From positions 22,499 through 86,498 of the forward strand of contig JAITFE010000067.1 of assembly GCA_031281585.1 (NCBI GenBank): a stretch of 64,000 nt of DNA, in the 5' to 3' direction. Each line of letters begins with the position of its first letter. The stretch's first letter is position 1. The DNA is from Bifidobacteriaceae bacterium. GTDB taxonomy: Bacteria > Actinomycetota > Actinomycetes > Actinomycetales > WQXJ01. A program made the translations under genes and the position numbers. This document shows, in pieces, positions 37,506 to 46,857 of the stretch. The notes beneath the pieces are model-generated. The model was not told the DNA's origin. It made no database searches and saw only the letters and a program-made list of their open reading frames with translations.

Positions 37506-38480
37506 ATGGCCGAACCGATCCAGCGGGCAGAGCTAGAACAAACAGTCGCTTTGGTTGAGCGGCTGTCGCAGTCGTACCGCACCCGCGTGGTGGGGCAGAC
37601 CGGGCTTTGGTGGTCTCTGCTGGCGGGGTTGCTGGCGAACGGGCACGTGCTGTTGGAGTCGGTGCCGGGGCTGGCCAAGACCACGGCGGCGCGGACGTTG
37701 GCCACGCTTTGCGGGGGCACGTTCTCCCGCATTCAGTGCACGCCGGATTTGCTGCCTTCGGACATTGTGGGCACCCAGGTGTTCGACTCGGCCCGGTCCA
37801 CTTTCTACACGGAGATCGGCCCGATCAACGCCAACTTCGTGCTGGTCGACGAGGTCAACCGGGCCAACACCAAGACGCAGTCCGCCATGCTGGAGGCCAT
37901 GCAGGAACGTCAGGTCACGCTGGCGGGCCAGATCCACCGGTTGCCGGAACCCTTCATAGTCTTCGCGACGCAGAACCCGATCGAACAGGAGGGCACGTAC
38001 GAGTTGCCGGAGGCGCAACTCGACCGGTTCCTCCTCAAAGAGGTCATCACGTATCCATCGCCGGACGAGGAGCTCAAGATCATGGATCAGGCGGACCAGG
38101 ACGCGGCCGCGTTGACCGCCGTGGTCAGCCCCGAACACATTATGGCCATGCAGGCGTTGGCGCGGCGGGTCCACATCGCCCGTTCCGTCAAGGACTACAT
38201 TGTGCGCCTGGTCGCGGCGACCCGGAACGCCAGAGCGGTGGGCGACTTGGGACGGTACATCGAATACGGCGCCTCGCCCAGGGCGTCGCTGGCTTTCCAG
38301 TCCGCTGGACGCGCGATCGCCCTGCTGTCCGGCCGCGACCACGTTGTGCCGGAGGACGTGAAGTATCTCCGCCACCAAGTCCTGCGCCACCGGTTGATCC
38401 TGACCTATGAGGCGGTGGCGGACTCGGTGCGGCCGGAGTCGGTCATCGACGCGATTTTCGCGGCCACGCCCACGCCATGA
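37506..38480 (+). CDS. MoxR-family AAA+ ATPase
   Basis: Walker A LLESVPGLAKTT and Walker B FVLVDEVNRA. The start was moved to ATG 37506, just after the ALDH stop. Confidence 0.9.
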   Translation: MAEPIQRAELEQTVALVERLSQSYRTRVVGQTGLWWSLLAGLLANGHVLLESVPGLAKTTAARTLATLCGGTFSRIQCTPDLLPSDIVGTQVFDSARSTFYTEIGPINANFVLVDEVNRANTKTQSAMLEAMQERQVTLAGQIHRLPEPFIVFATQNPIEQEGTYELPEAQLDRFLLKEVITYPSPDEELKIMDQADQDAAALTAVVSPEHIMAMQALARRVHIARSVKDYIVRLVAATRNARAVGDLGRYIEYGASPRASLAFQSAGRAIALLSGRDHVVPEDVKYLRHQVLRHRLILTYEAVADSVRPESVIDAIFAATPTP

Positions 38481-39379
38481 CCGGCCGGCCTGGCCGCCCC
38501 GGCCGCCTCGCGGCCGTCCAGGCGCTGCTCGAGTTGCATTCGCACCGCCGCGCGCGGCTGGTGCTGGACGGCGACTACACGTCGGTGTTCCGGGGCCGGG
38601 GAACCGATTTCGAGGATCTGCGCGAATACGTGCCCGGCGACCCGGTCTCCGACATCGACTGGAAGGCGACGGCCCGCGCCGGCAAGCCGCTGGTGCGCCG
38701 CTATCTGCCGGAGCACAAGAACCACCTGCTGCTGCTCGTTTCGACGGGGCGGTCCATGACCGCGGTCGCGCCCGACGGCACCTCGAAGCTTCAGTTGGCG
38801 CTGGACGTGGCGGGGGTGTTCGCGCATTTGGCGATCCGGCACCGCGACGTGGTGGGGGCGGTCTTCGGGGACGCCGGGGGCCTGGCCGCGATCGCCCCGC
38901 GCGGATCGCGGGCGCACGCCGAGTACTTGCTGCAGCGCCTGTCAGATGAGACGGTGGACCCGGACGGGCCGGAATCCGACCTGCCGGCCGTGCTGGACCT
39001 GGCCGTGCGGTCCCGTCTTCCGCACGGCATAGCGGTTCTGATCACAGACGATGCCGATTTGGGGCCAAACGGGGCACGGTCCCTGACCATGCTGCACGCC
39101 CGCCACCAGATCATGGTGGTGAGGATCGCGGACATGAATCTGGCGGACGCGGGCGCGCTCGACCCGTTCGACGTGGAGACCGGGCTGCGGGTCCCGGACG
39201 AGGTGCGCTGGCACCCCCGGTTGCGGTACGAGGCGGCCACCGTCACGTCGGTGCGGGCGCAGACCATTGAGCGGGCATTGGCCACGCGGGGGATCGCCCA
39301 CGGGCGCGTGACCGGGCAGGATGATTTGGTGGAAACGCTCATCGGGGTGCTGGAGAGGCATCGGCATGCCGGGCGGTGA
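38477..39379 (+). CDS. DUF58 domain protein (MoxR partner)
   Basis: Signature FEDLREYVPGDPVSDIDWKATARAGKPLVRRY. It has a 4-nt overlap with moxR. Confidence 0.88.
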   Translation: MTGRPGRPGRLAAVQALLELHSHRRARLVLDGDYTSVFRGRGTDFEDLREYVPGDPVSDIDWKATARAGKPLVRRYLPEHKNHLLLLVSTGRSMTAVAPDGTSKLQLALDVAGVFAHLAIRHRDVVGAVFGDAGGLAAIAPRGSRAHAEYLLQRLSDETVDPDGPESDLPAVLDLAVRSRLPHGIAVLITDDADLGPNGARSLTMLHARHQIMVVRIADMNLADAGALDPFDVETGLRVPDEVRWHPRLRYEAATVTSVRAQTIERALATRGIAHGRVTGQDDLVETLIGVLERHRHAGR

Positions 39380-39839
39380 CGTGGTCGAGCCGCTGCCGCC
39401 GGAGGCGTTTTCCGCCTGGTGGCCGGCCCTCGCCATTGTGCTGCTGGTCGTGGCGGCCGTGCTCGCGGCCTGGCCGTGGCTGCGGCGGCTGCTCGGACGG
39501 CATCGGCGGAAGGCTGGCGAGGCCGCTGCCCGCAGTCTTGACCCCGTGACGGGGCCGACCGGGGCGGAGGCGGCGCTGGCGGAGATCGACCGGCTGGAGC
39601 GGGCCTGGCGGGCGGGCGAGCTGACCGACCGGGCCGCCGCGGAGGCGTTGGCGGCGCTGGTGCGGGACTTCACCGGCCGCGACGCGGCCGTGTTGACGCT
39701 CCTGGACCTGCGGGTGAAGGGCGACTTGCCGAAGCTGACCGCCCTGATCGAGGCCGCCTATCCGGTGGAGTTCGGGGTCAAGGGGCAGGGCGACGTGGGC
39801 GAATTGGCCGAGCGGGCGCGGCGGGCGGTGCGCGCATGA
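39366..39839 (+). CDS. small membrane protein of the MoxR/VWA operon
   Basis: About 157 aa from ATG 39366 with a single TM (WWPALAIVLLVVAAVLAAW). It is overlapped by its neighbours on both sides. Confidence 0.6.
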   Translation: MPGGDVVEPLPPEAFSAWWPALAIVLLVVAAVLAAWPWLRRLLGRHRRKAGEAAARSLDPVTGPTGAEAALAEIDRLERAWRAGELTDRAAAEALAALVRDFTGRDAAVLTLLDLRVKGDLPKLTALIEAAYPVEFGVKGQGDVGELAERARRAVRA

Positions 39840-41839
39840 GCTTCGCCTACCCGTGGCTGCTGGCGATCCTGCCCCTGGCGGTGGCGGGGGTGTTGGCGGC
39901 GGTCTGGCGTTGGCGCTGGCGGCGGCGCGACCGGGAGCGTGCGGGCACCCGCCTGGCCAACACGACCAGCTTCGCGAGCCTGCCGGGTTACGCGCAGGTG
40001 GCGCGGCAGCATTATGTGGGGACCGCGCTCGGGCTGGCGGCCGGACTGGTGGCCGCGCTCGGCGCCGTGGTGCTGGCGGCGCGCCCCGTGTCCGTGGAGG
40101 TCGTGGAGCAGGAGAAGCGCTCCCGCGACGTGGTGCTGTGCCTGGACGTGTCCGGCTCCATGTTCCCCGTGGACGCGGAGGTGATAGGCCAGTTTCGGGA
40201 GATCATCGAGGGTTTCGACGGGGAGCGGGTGGCCATGTCGTGGTTCAACTCGTCGTCTGTGACGCTGTTTCCCCTGACGGACGACTACGTGTACATCGAG
40301 GACGTGCTGCGGCCGCTGGAGAAGCAGTTCCGGGCGGTCGCCGAGGCGATGAGCTGGTTGGATTGGCTCACCGTGCCGCTGGACCAGGTGCCGGACCTGG
40401 CGGGAACGGAGTTGGGGGAGGGGTCCTCGCTGCCGGGAGACGGCCTGGTGTCCTGTCTATCGCTTTTCGACGATTCGGACCAGGAGCGGTCGCGGTCGGT
40501 CATCCTCGCGACGGACAACGTGGTTGAGGGCCAGCCGATCTTCCCGCTGGCGGAGGCGGCCGGGCTGGCCTCCGGCGCTGACGTACATGTGTTCGCTTTA
40601 TGTCCATCCTTGTACGGCGTACCGATGGGTGATCCGGACACGGACGCGTACGTCGCCGCGGCGGAGGAACTGGAGACGCAGGTCGAGGCGGCGGGGGGCA
40701 GCTACTACGAGGTCGGCGACCGGCAGTCGGTCAACCGGATTCTGGACTCGATCCTGGCCCAGGCCGCCGCGCCCGTGGACGGGCCGCCCCGGCGGCTGGT
40801 CACCGATCGGCCGGCGTGGGGGATAGCCTTGCTGGCCACGGGACTGGCCGGGGTGGCCGTCTGGGGCGGGTGGCGGCGGAGACCCGCTTGGCCGGCTTGG
40901 GTCCGGCGGGGCGGGGCGGCGGCCCTGACCGTGATGATCGCGTGGAACCCGGCGTTTGGCGCGGAAAGGGTTTCGATCCAGGCCGCCGATGCCGATGTGC
41001 TGATTCTGGTGGACACGTCGCCTTCCATAGCGGCGGAGGACTGGGACGGGTCGGAGCCCAGGCTGGACGGGGTCCGCGCCGACCTGAAGGCTTTGGCGGA
41101 GGAGTACGCGGGCGCGCACGTCGGGATAATCGTGTTCGACTCCTCGGCCCGGCTCCTGATGCCGTTGTCCACGGATCCGGGGGCCGTGGCGGCCGCCGCG
41201 GACACTTTGACGCCTGTGCCGGCCTGGGTGGCCAGCGGGTCGTCCATCAGCGCGGGCCTGGACCTGTTGGAGGACACGTTGGCGCGCCTGGCCGACGAGC
41301 ATCCCGAGCGCGCGCGCCTGGTCTACTACCTGGGCGACGGCGAGCAGACGACGGAGGCGGTCGTGGACTCGTTCGCCGGGGTCGCGCCTTTGGTGGACGG
41401 GGGAGCGGTGTTCGGATACGGCACGGCCGAGGGCGGTCCCATGCTGGAGGACCGCCAGACGATTGTGGGTCAGTCGACCGGGCCGGGCGAGTACATCCGA
41501 GGCCCCGACGGTGAACGGGGGATCTCGCGCATCGACGAGGAGGCGCTCCGAACGATCGCGTCCGAACTGGGTGTCGAGTACGTGCACCGGGCCGCCGACC
41601 AGCCGGTGGAGGAGGCGTTTTGGAGGGGCGACCTGCCCCAGCGTTCAATCCCCGATTCGGCCACGACGGGGCGGCGCCTCGGCTTCGTGTTCGCGTGGGC
41701 TGTGCTCGGGCTGCTGGTGTGGGAGCTGGCCTTGGCGTGGCGCCGGGCCGCCCAGGCGAAGTCGGCCAGCCAGATGGCCGCCGGACCGCGCCTTGCGGTT
41801 GGCGGCGGGGTCCCGAGGATCCCAGAGGTGGCGCGATGA
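39836..41839 (+). CDS. double VWA-domain membrane protein (BatA/BatB-like)
   Basis: 667 aa with a MIDAS-type motif VVLCLDVSGSM, a second VWA-like block VLILVDTSPSI, and N-terminal, central and C-terminal TM helices. Confidence 0.85.
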   Translation: MSFAYPWLLAILPLAVAGVLAAVWRWRWRRRDRERAGTRLANTTSFASLPGYAQVARQHYVGTALGLAAGLVAALGAVVLAARPVSVEVVEQEKRSRDVVLCLDVSGSMFPVDAEVIGQFREIIEGFDGERVAMSWFNSSSVTLFPLTDDYVYIEDVLRPLEKQFRAVAEAMSWLDWLTVPLDQVPDLAGTELGEGSSLPGDGLVSCLSLFDDSDQERSRSVILATDNVVEGQPIFPLAEAAGLASGADVHVFALCPSLYGVPMGDPDTDAYVAAAEELETQVEAAGGSYYEVGDRQSVNRILDSILAQAAAPVDGPPRRLVTDRPAWGIALLATGLAGVAVWGGWRRRPAWPAWVRRGGAAALTVMIAWNPAFGAERVSIQAADADVLILVDTSPSIAAEDWDGSEPRLDGVRADLKALAEEYAGAHVGIIVFDSSARLLMPLSTDPGAVAAAADTLTPVPAWVASGSSISAGLDLLEDTLARLADEHPERARLVYYLGDGEQTTEAVVDSFAGVAPLVDGGAVFGYGTAEGGPMLEDRQTIVGQSTGPGEYIRGPDGERGISRIDEEALRTIASELGVEYVHRAADQPVEEAFWRGDLPQRSIPDSATTGRRLGFVFAWAVLGLLVWELALAWRRAAQAKSASQMAAGPRLAVGGGVPRIPEVAR

Positions 41840-42780
41840 GCGGCGGCGCGATGGGCGGCGGCGTTGGCGGGTCGGCGGGGCGAGGCGATGGCGTGGCGGC
41901 GGGGCGGGCTCGGGGCGGCCGCGCGGCCGGGCGGGCCGGCGGCGCGACGGGGGACCGGGCGGCGGTCGCGCGGTTCCTGCGGTTCACGGCCGCCGCGATC
42001 GCGGTGCTGTTGGCGGCCTGGTTGGGGTTCATCTGGTGGGCGGGGCAGTCCGGCGCGCGCGCCTACAGCTCGGGGGACCACGCCAAGGCCGAGGACCGGT
42101 ATTCGCTGGCCGGTTCGTTCATGATGGCGGAGCGGTGGAAGGCCTGGTTCGGCGACGGCACGGCCGTGCTCGCGGGCGGGAACGCCGCGCGGGCGGAGGA
42201 CCTGCTCAAAGAGGCTCTGGCGGGGGTGCCCGCCGCCAAGGAGTGCGTGGTGCGGATCAACCTGTCGCTGGCGCAGGAGCGCCAGGGCGACCAGGCCGCG
42301 GCAGCGGACCCCCTGACCGCCCAGGAGCTCTACACCGAGGCCCTGGAGACGCTGCGCGCGGGCGGATGCCCGGCCGAGGACCAGACCGCCGCCGAGGCGG
42401 AGCAGCGCCTGGAGCTGAAGCGCAAAGACCCGGGCGAGGAGCCGGAAGACGACCCTTCGGATGGAGGCGACGAGGAGGACGACCAGTCCGGTGAGGGCGA
42501 CGAGTCGGATGACGGGGAGGATGGGGAAGGCGGCGAAACCGGCGGCACCGGCGGGCAGAGCGGTCAGGGGAGCGCCAGCGCCGAGACCGGCCAGACGAGC
42601 GACCCGACCGGCTCTGGGGACGGGGGCGACCCGACCGGCGGCCAGGAGTCCGAGGACGACGACCTGAACGACCGCCTTGAGGAACTGCGGGAACGGAACC
42701 GCCAAGGCCAGATGGACCGCCAGGACGGCCAGGTTGAACCGGATTGGTCCGGCCGCTATTGGGACCGGCCCATCTGGTGA
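41836..42780 (+). CDS. membrane-anchored TPR-like protein with strongly acidic tail (BatC-like position)
   Basis: ATG 41836 overlaps the VWA stop (ATGA). It has a TM (FTAAAIAVLLAAWLGFIWW), a helical repeat region and then a D/E/G-rich tail. Confidence 0.65.
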   Translation: MSGGAMGGGVGGSAGRGDGVAAGRARGGRAAGRAGGATGDRAAVARFLRFTAAAIAVLLAAWLGFIWWAGQSGARAYSSGDHAKAEDRYSLAGSFMMAERWKAWFGDGTAVLAGGNAARAEDLLKEALAGVPAAKECVVRINLSLAQERQGDQAAAADPLTAQELYTEALETLRAGGCPAEDQTAAEAEQRLELKRKDPGEEPEDDPSDGGDEEDDQSGEGDESDDGEDGEGGETGGTGGQSGQGSASAETGQTSDPTGSGDGGDPTGGQESEDDDLNDRLEELRERNRQGQMDRQDGQVEPDWSGRYWDRPIW

Positions 42781-43094
42781 TCGCGCCTCCGGCGCGGCGG
42801 GCGGCGATTGGGGGAGGGCGCTTCGTCATCCGGGGCCGACGGGCCGGCGGGCGGCCCGGACGGCGAGGGCGGAGACGCCTCTCTCAACCTCGATCGGACA
42901 TAATGTCGATTATCGGCGCTTCGGGGGTGGGGCGCGGGGCGGGCTGGGAGTCTTGGCACGGCATCGGCGGAGTCACGGCCGGGCCTCTCAACTGTGACGA
43001 CGGCGGGCCGCGGGCTTGCCACGGCGGCGGGCGTCCACCCATACTGAGTTTCAAGCGCGACATTCTGGTCGCGGCCGACGAAAGGACAAGCCCC

Positions 43095-43730
43095 ATGAAA
43101 CCCGCAACCACAGCGCTGGTTTTGATCGAGTTCCAGAACGACTTCACCTCGCCCGGCGGAACCTTGCATGACGCGGTGGCGGGCGTCATGGAGCGGACGA
43201 ACATGCTCGTCAACGCCGCCAAGACGGCGGCCGCGGTCCGCCAGGCTGGCGCCACCGTGATCCACTCGCCGATCCAATACGCTCCCGGCTACGGCGAGCT
43301 GACCCCGAAGCCCTACGGGATCCTGGCCGGCGTGGTGGACACCGGCTCGTTCGTCAAGGGCACCTGGGGCGCCCAGATTGTCGACGAGTTGACCCCGGTG
43401 GCCGGCGACATCGTCCTGGAGGGCAAGCGCGGGCTGGACGCCTTCGGGTCGACCAACATCGACTTTATTTTGAGGTCGAAGGGCATTGAGACGGTCGCGT
43501 TGGCCGGATTCCTGACGAACTGCTGTGTCGAGTCGACCATGCGTTCGGCCTACGAACGCGGTTTCGAAGTCATCACTCTGACGGACGCGGTCGCCGCGAC
43601 CAGCGTCGAGGAGCATGAGAACGCGATCAAGTTCGACTATCCGATGTTCTCCAAGCCGATGACCCACGCCGAGTTCATCGCCGCCGTGCAGGTGGGCGCG
43701 TCGGTGGCCGACTCGTCGCGCGGGTACTGA
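43095..43730 (+). CDS. isochorismatase-family cysteine hydrolase
   Basis: ALVLIEFQNDFTSPGG and GFLTNCCVESTMRSAYERGF. The start was moved to ATG 43095. Confidence 0.85.
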   Translation: MKPATTALVLIEFQNDFTSPGGTLHDAVAGVMERTNMLVNAAKTAAAVRQAGATVIHSPIQYAPGYGELTPKPYGILAGVVDTGSFVKGTWGAQIVDELTPVAGDIVLEGKRGLDAFGSTNIDFILRSKGIETVALAGFLTNCCVESTMRSAYERGFEVITLTDAVAATSVEEHENAIKFDYPMFSKPMTHAEFIAAVQVGASVADSSRGY

Positions 43731-43743
43731 GAGGGGCACGGCC

Positions 43744-46653
43744 TCAAGCCCTCCGGGCGAGCGGCGCCAGCACCTCCAGGATGTGGCGGTAGGTGCGGCC
43801 GGTGGCGCGGCTGATGCCGAGTTCGCAGGTGCGGTTTGCGCTGACGTAGGCGTCGAAGCGGCCGCCTGGTCCAGGGCTGGCGGGGGTCGCCTGGCGGGCC
43901 CTTTCGGCCTCCGCCGCCCAGACCGCTTGCGCCTCGGGGCGGGTCGCGGCGGCGGTCAACTCCGGGTGGAGCATGCCCCGGTCGCCGGCGAAGGCGCAGC
44001 AACCCCAGGTCAGCGGCACGAACACGGTTTGGGCGGCCTGCCCGGCCAAGGCGATCAAGTCCTCCTTGGCCCCGAGTTGCACGGTTGAACAGGTCGGATG
44101 CACGGCCACCGCGCCGAGTTTGCCGTCCACCGTCAGGCGCGGCATGATCGAGCCGCGCGCGAAGGTCACGGCGTCCACAACCCGCAGATCTGCGGCCTGT
44201 GCCGCCCGCCTCTCGTCAAGATGGTCCCGCAGGCCGGTCAGGCCGTGCGTGCAGGAGGCCGCGTCGCTCACGACGGGCAGTTCTCCCCCGGCGGTCGCCT
44301 CCCAAAGGGCGTCGAAGGTGAGCCGGGCCATGGTGGCCGAGCCCTTGGTCAAACCCTTGGATTCCCAAACCGTGCCGCAGCAGAGAGCTCTGATCGCGGA
44401 CGGAACGGTCAACCTGAGGCCCGCCTCGCGGCACAGGCGGTCCAGCGCCTCGCCCACGCCTGGGCCGTCCGGCGCCGGGGCGAAAAGCGAGTTGATGCAG
44501 GTGGCGAAGTATACGGCGGCGACCGGGGCGCGGGGGTCGCCCAGCACTCCCCCGGCGGCGCGGCGCGGTCCGGGACCCGGCAGGTCGGGCCCGGCCTGCG
44601 GAACCCAATCCTCGGGCAGCACGGATCTGGCTGCCTTGGTGACTGCGGGAAGGACGGGCGCGGGAAGCAATTGGGCGGCGCCGAGCGCTGTTCGCAGCGT
44701 GGCGACCGCGCCGCCCCAATGGTTCGCGGCCCACTCCCCCGCCGCCTGCACCGCGGCGGGATGCCTGGCCGCCCGTTGGGCCTTCATGAGCTTCCCGGTG
44801 TCGATCCCGACCGGGCAGGCGATCACGCAGAGGGAGTCCGCGGCGCAGGTGTCGACGGCGCTGTAGGCGAAGTCCTTCTCTGCCGCGCGCCTGGCGGACG
44901 GGCCCAGGCGGGCAATGGTCCGCATCGCTGCGATGCGTCCCCTGGGCGTGAGGGTGAGGTTCCTGGCTGGGCACGTCGGCTCGCAGTAGCCGCATTCGAC
45001 GCAACGGTCGAAGGCTTGGTCCACTTGGGGAATGGCCTTGATGTGCTCCATGTGTTCGCGCGGGTTCGCGGTGATTAGGACCCCCGGGGACAGCATGTCG
45101 GTTGGGTCAAACAAACGTTTGACTTCCCTCATGATTTGATATAGCTCCTTGCCGAACTGCCTTTCGACGAAGGGCGCCATGATGCGGCCGGTGCCGTGTT
45201 CGGCCTTAAGCGTTCCGCGGTTGCCCAGCACCAAGTCCACCAGGCCGTCCGTGAACCGGTCCAGGTTCCTGAGCTGGTCGGACCGGTCCAAGTCGAGGGT
45301 CATGAGGAAGTGGAGGTTGCCGTCCTTGGCGTGGCCGAAGGTCACCGAGTCGGGGAATCCGTGCTGGTCAAAGAGCTGTCTGAGCCCCGCGCAGGTCTCG
45401 GATAGAGCCGGCACCGGAACCGCGATGTCCTCGATCAGGGCGGTGGTGCCCGGAGGGCGGGCGCCGGCCACCGCTGTGTAGAGGCCGTTGCGCGAGGACC
45501 AGAGGCGGTCGCGCTCGGCCGGGTCGCGGGTGAACGCGGCGGGGGCATCCAGCCTCAGGTCTGGCAGAACGGCTGTAAGGGCCTTTACCCTTTCGTTCAG
45601 CGTTTCCTCGTCTTCGGCGCGGACTTCGACGATCAGGGCGGTCTGGGTCGGCTTGGTCGCCTGCGGCACGGGGTCCGGGCCTTTCGCGGCGGCCCTGGCC
45701 GCCCTGATGGACGCCGGATCCATGAGTTCCAGGGTCTTGGCTCCCGCCGCGCGGAGGGTTTCGATGGAGTCGGTCGCGTCTTCAAGGCGCGCGAACACCA
45801 TCAGGGCGGTCGCCGCGTACGGCTCCACGGGGATGGTGCGGAGCGTGACCGAGGAGATGAACCCCAGCGTGCCCTCGGAGCCGACCATCAGGTGTTCCAG
45901 GATCTCGATCGGCTCCGCGAAGTCCGCGAACGAGTTCAGGCCGTAGCCCATGGTGTTCTTCATCGAGTACTGGGCCGCGATGCGGCGGAGCGAGTCCTGG
46001 TTGGAGCGCACGCGGTCGCGCAGTTTGGCCAACCCCGCGCAGAGTGCGGGCTCCAGTTCGGCGAGTTTCGCGGCGGCGTCCGGCGAGGTTGTGTCTATGG
46101 TGGTCCCGGACGGAAGCGTGACGGTGAGCCCTTGGATTGTGCTGTAGGTGTTGAACTCGGTGCCGCAGGCCATGCCGGAGGAATTGTTGGCCACCACTCC
46201 CCCGATGGTCGCCGCGACGCCGCTGGCCGGGTCGGGGCCCAGCTGCCGTCCGTGGCGGGCCAACGCGGCGTTGACCGCCCTGACCGTGAGGCCGGGGCCG
46301 CAACGCACCTGGTCTTTGTGCTGATCAATGTGAAGGTCGGTGAACCCGCGCCTGACGTCCACCATCACCCCGGCGCCGCCGGCCTGGCCGGAGAGCGACG
46401 TCCCGGCGGAGCGGAACGTCAAAGCAACCCGCTCGGCGCAGGCCAGGCGCATCGCCGCCGCCACGTCCTCAACGGAATCCGCCGTCACGACTCCGCGCGG
46501 CACCAGCAGGTAATGCGACGCGTCGTGGGCGGCCGTGGCAACGTCTAGGGGTTGGCTCCGCAACCGCGCCCCGAACCGCTCCTGCCAGGCCGCGCCCAGG
46601 GGCTCGGCGCCACGTGACGCCACGTTGCGAGGTGCTGATGACACGGATGCCAC
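43744..46653 (-). CDS. FAD-binding (PCMH/GlcD-like) and Fe-S/CCG-domain fusion oxidoreductase (D-lactate dehydrogenase-like)
   Basis: FAD domain (RSAGTSLSGQ), 4Fe-4S motif CVECGYCEPTCP and C-terminal Cys-rich CCG-like domains. The start was moved to GTG 46653 because the longer ORF translates decayed CRISPR repeats (MPFIEA...). Confidence 0.8.
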   Translation of the reverse strand: MASVSSAPRNVASRGAEPLGAAWQERFGARLRSQPLDVATAAHDASHYLLVPRGVVTADSVEDVAAAMRLACAERVALTFRSAGTSLSGQAGGAGVMVDVRRGFTDLHIDQHKDQVRCGPGLTVRAVNAALARHGRQLGPDPASGVAATIGGVVANNSSGMACGTEFNTYSTIQGLTVTLPSGTTIDTTSPDAAAKLAELEPALCAGLAKLRDRVRSNQDSLRRIAAQYSMKNTMGYGLNSFADFAEPIEILEHLMVGSEGTLGFISSVTLRTIPVEPYAATALMVFARLEDATDSIETLRAAGAKTLELMDPASIRAARAAAKGPDPVPQATKPTQTALIVEVRAEDEETLNERVKALTAVLPDLRLDAPAAFTRDPAERDRLWSSRNGLYTAVAGARPPGTTALIEDIAVPVPALSETCAGLRQLFDQHGFPDSVTFGHAKDGNLHFLMTLDLDRSDQLRNLDRFTDGLVDLVLGNRGTLKAEHGTGRIMAPFVERQFGKELYQIMREVKRLFDPTDMLSPGVLITANPREHMEHIKAIPQVDQAFDRCVECGYCEPTCPARNLTLTPRGRIAAMRTIARLGPSARRAAEKDFAYSAVDTCAADSLCVIACPVGIDTGKLMKAQRAARHPAAVQAAGEWAANHWGGAVATLRTALGAAQLLPAPVLPAVTKAARSVLPEDWVPQAGPDLPGPGPRRAAGGVLGDPRAPVAAVYFATCINSLFAPAPDGPGVGEALDRLCREAGLRLTVPSAIRALCCGTVWESKGLTKGSATMARLTFDALWEATAGGELPVVSDAASCTHGLTGLRDHLDERRAAQAADLRVVDAVTFARGSIMPRLTVDGKLGAVAVHPTCSTVQLGAKEDLIALAGQAAQTVFVPLTWGCCAFAGDRGMLHPELTAAATRPEAQAVWAAEAERARQATPASPGPGGRFDAYVSANRTCELGISRATGRTYRHILEVLAPLARRA

Positions 46654-46857
46654 GATACAGGCAGGCGCTGCCCAGGGCAGCGGGCCCTTGGCTACTTCAC
46701 GTGGGACCCGAAGCAGGACCCTCGGCGGAATGGGCCAGGCACAACCCGATGGCGGTTGGGGCAATCGGTCCCGGACTCCGTGACCGGCGGTGCTCGTGAG
46801 CCGAGTCTGAGCCTGCCGTAGGCAATCAAGTGCCGAAAAGCGGCCTGGTTTCAGCCC

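Noticed and set aside
46811-46846. Possible further decayed CRISPR repeat (gcctgccgtaggcaatcaagtgccgaaaagcggcc).
   Set aside because: It lies only 47 bp from the unit at 46858 (out of period) and has low identity, so it was not included in the array.
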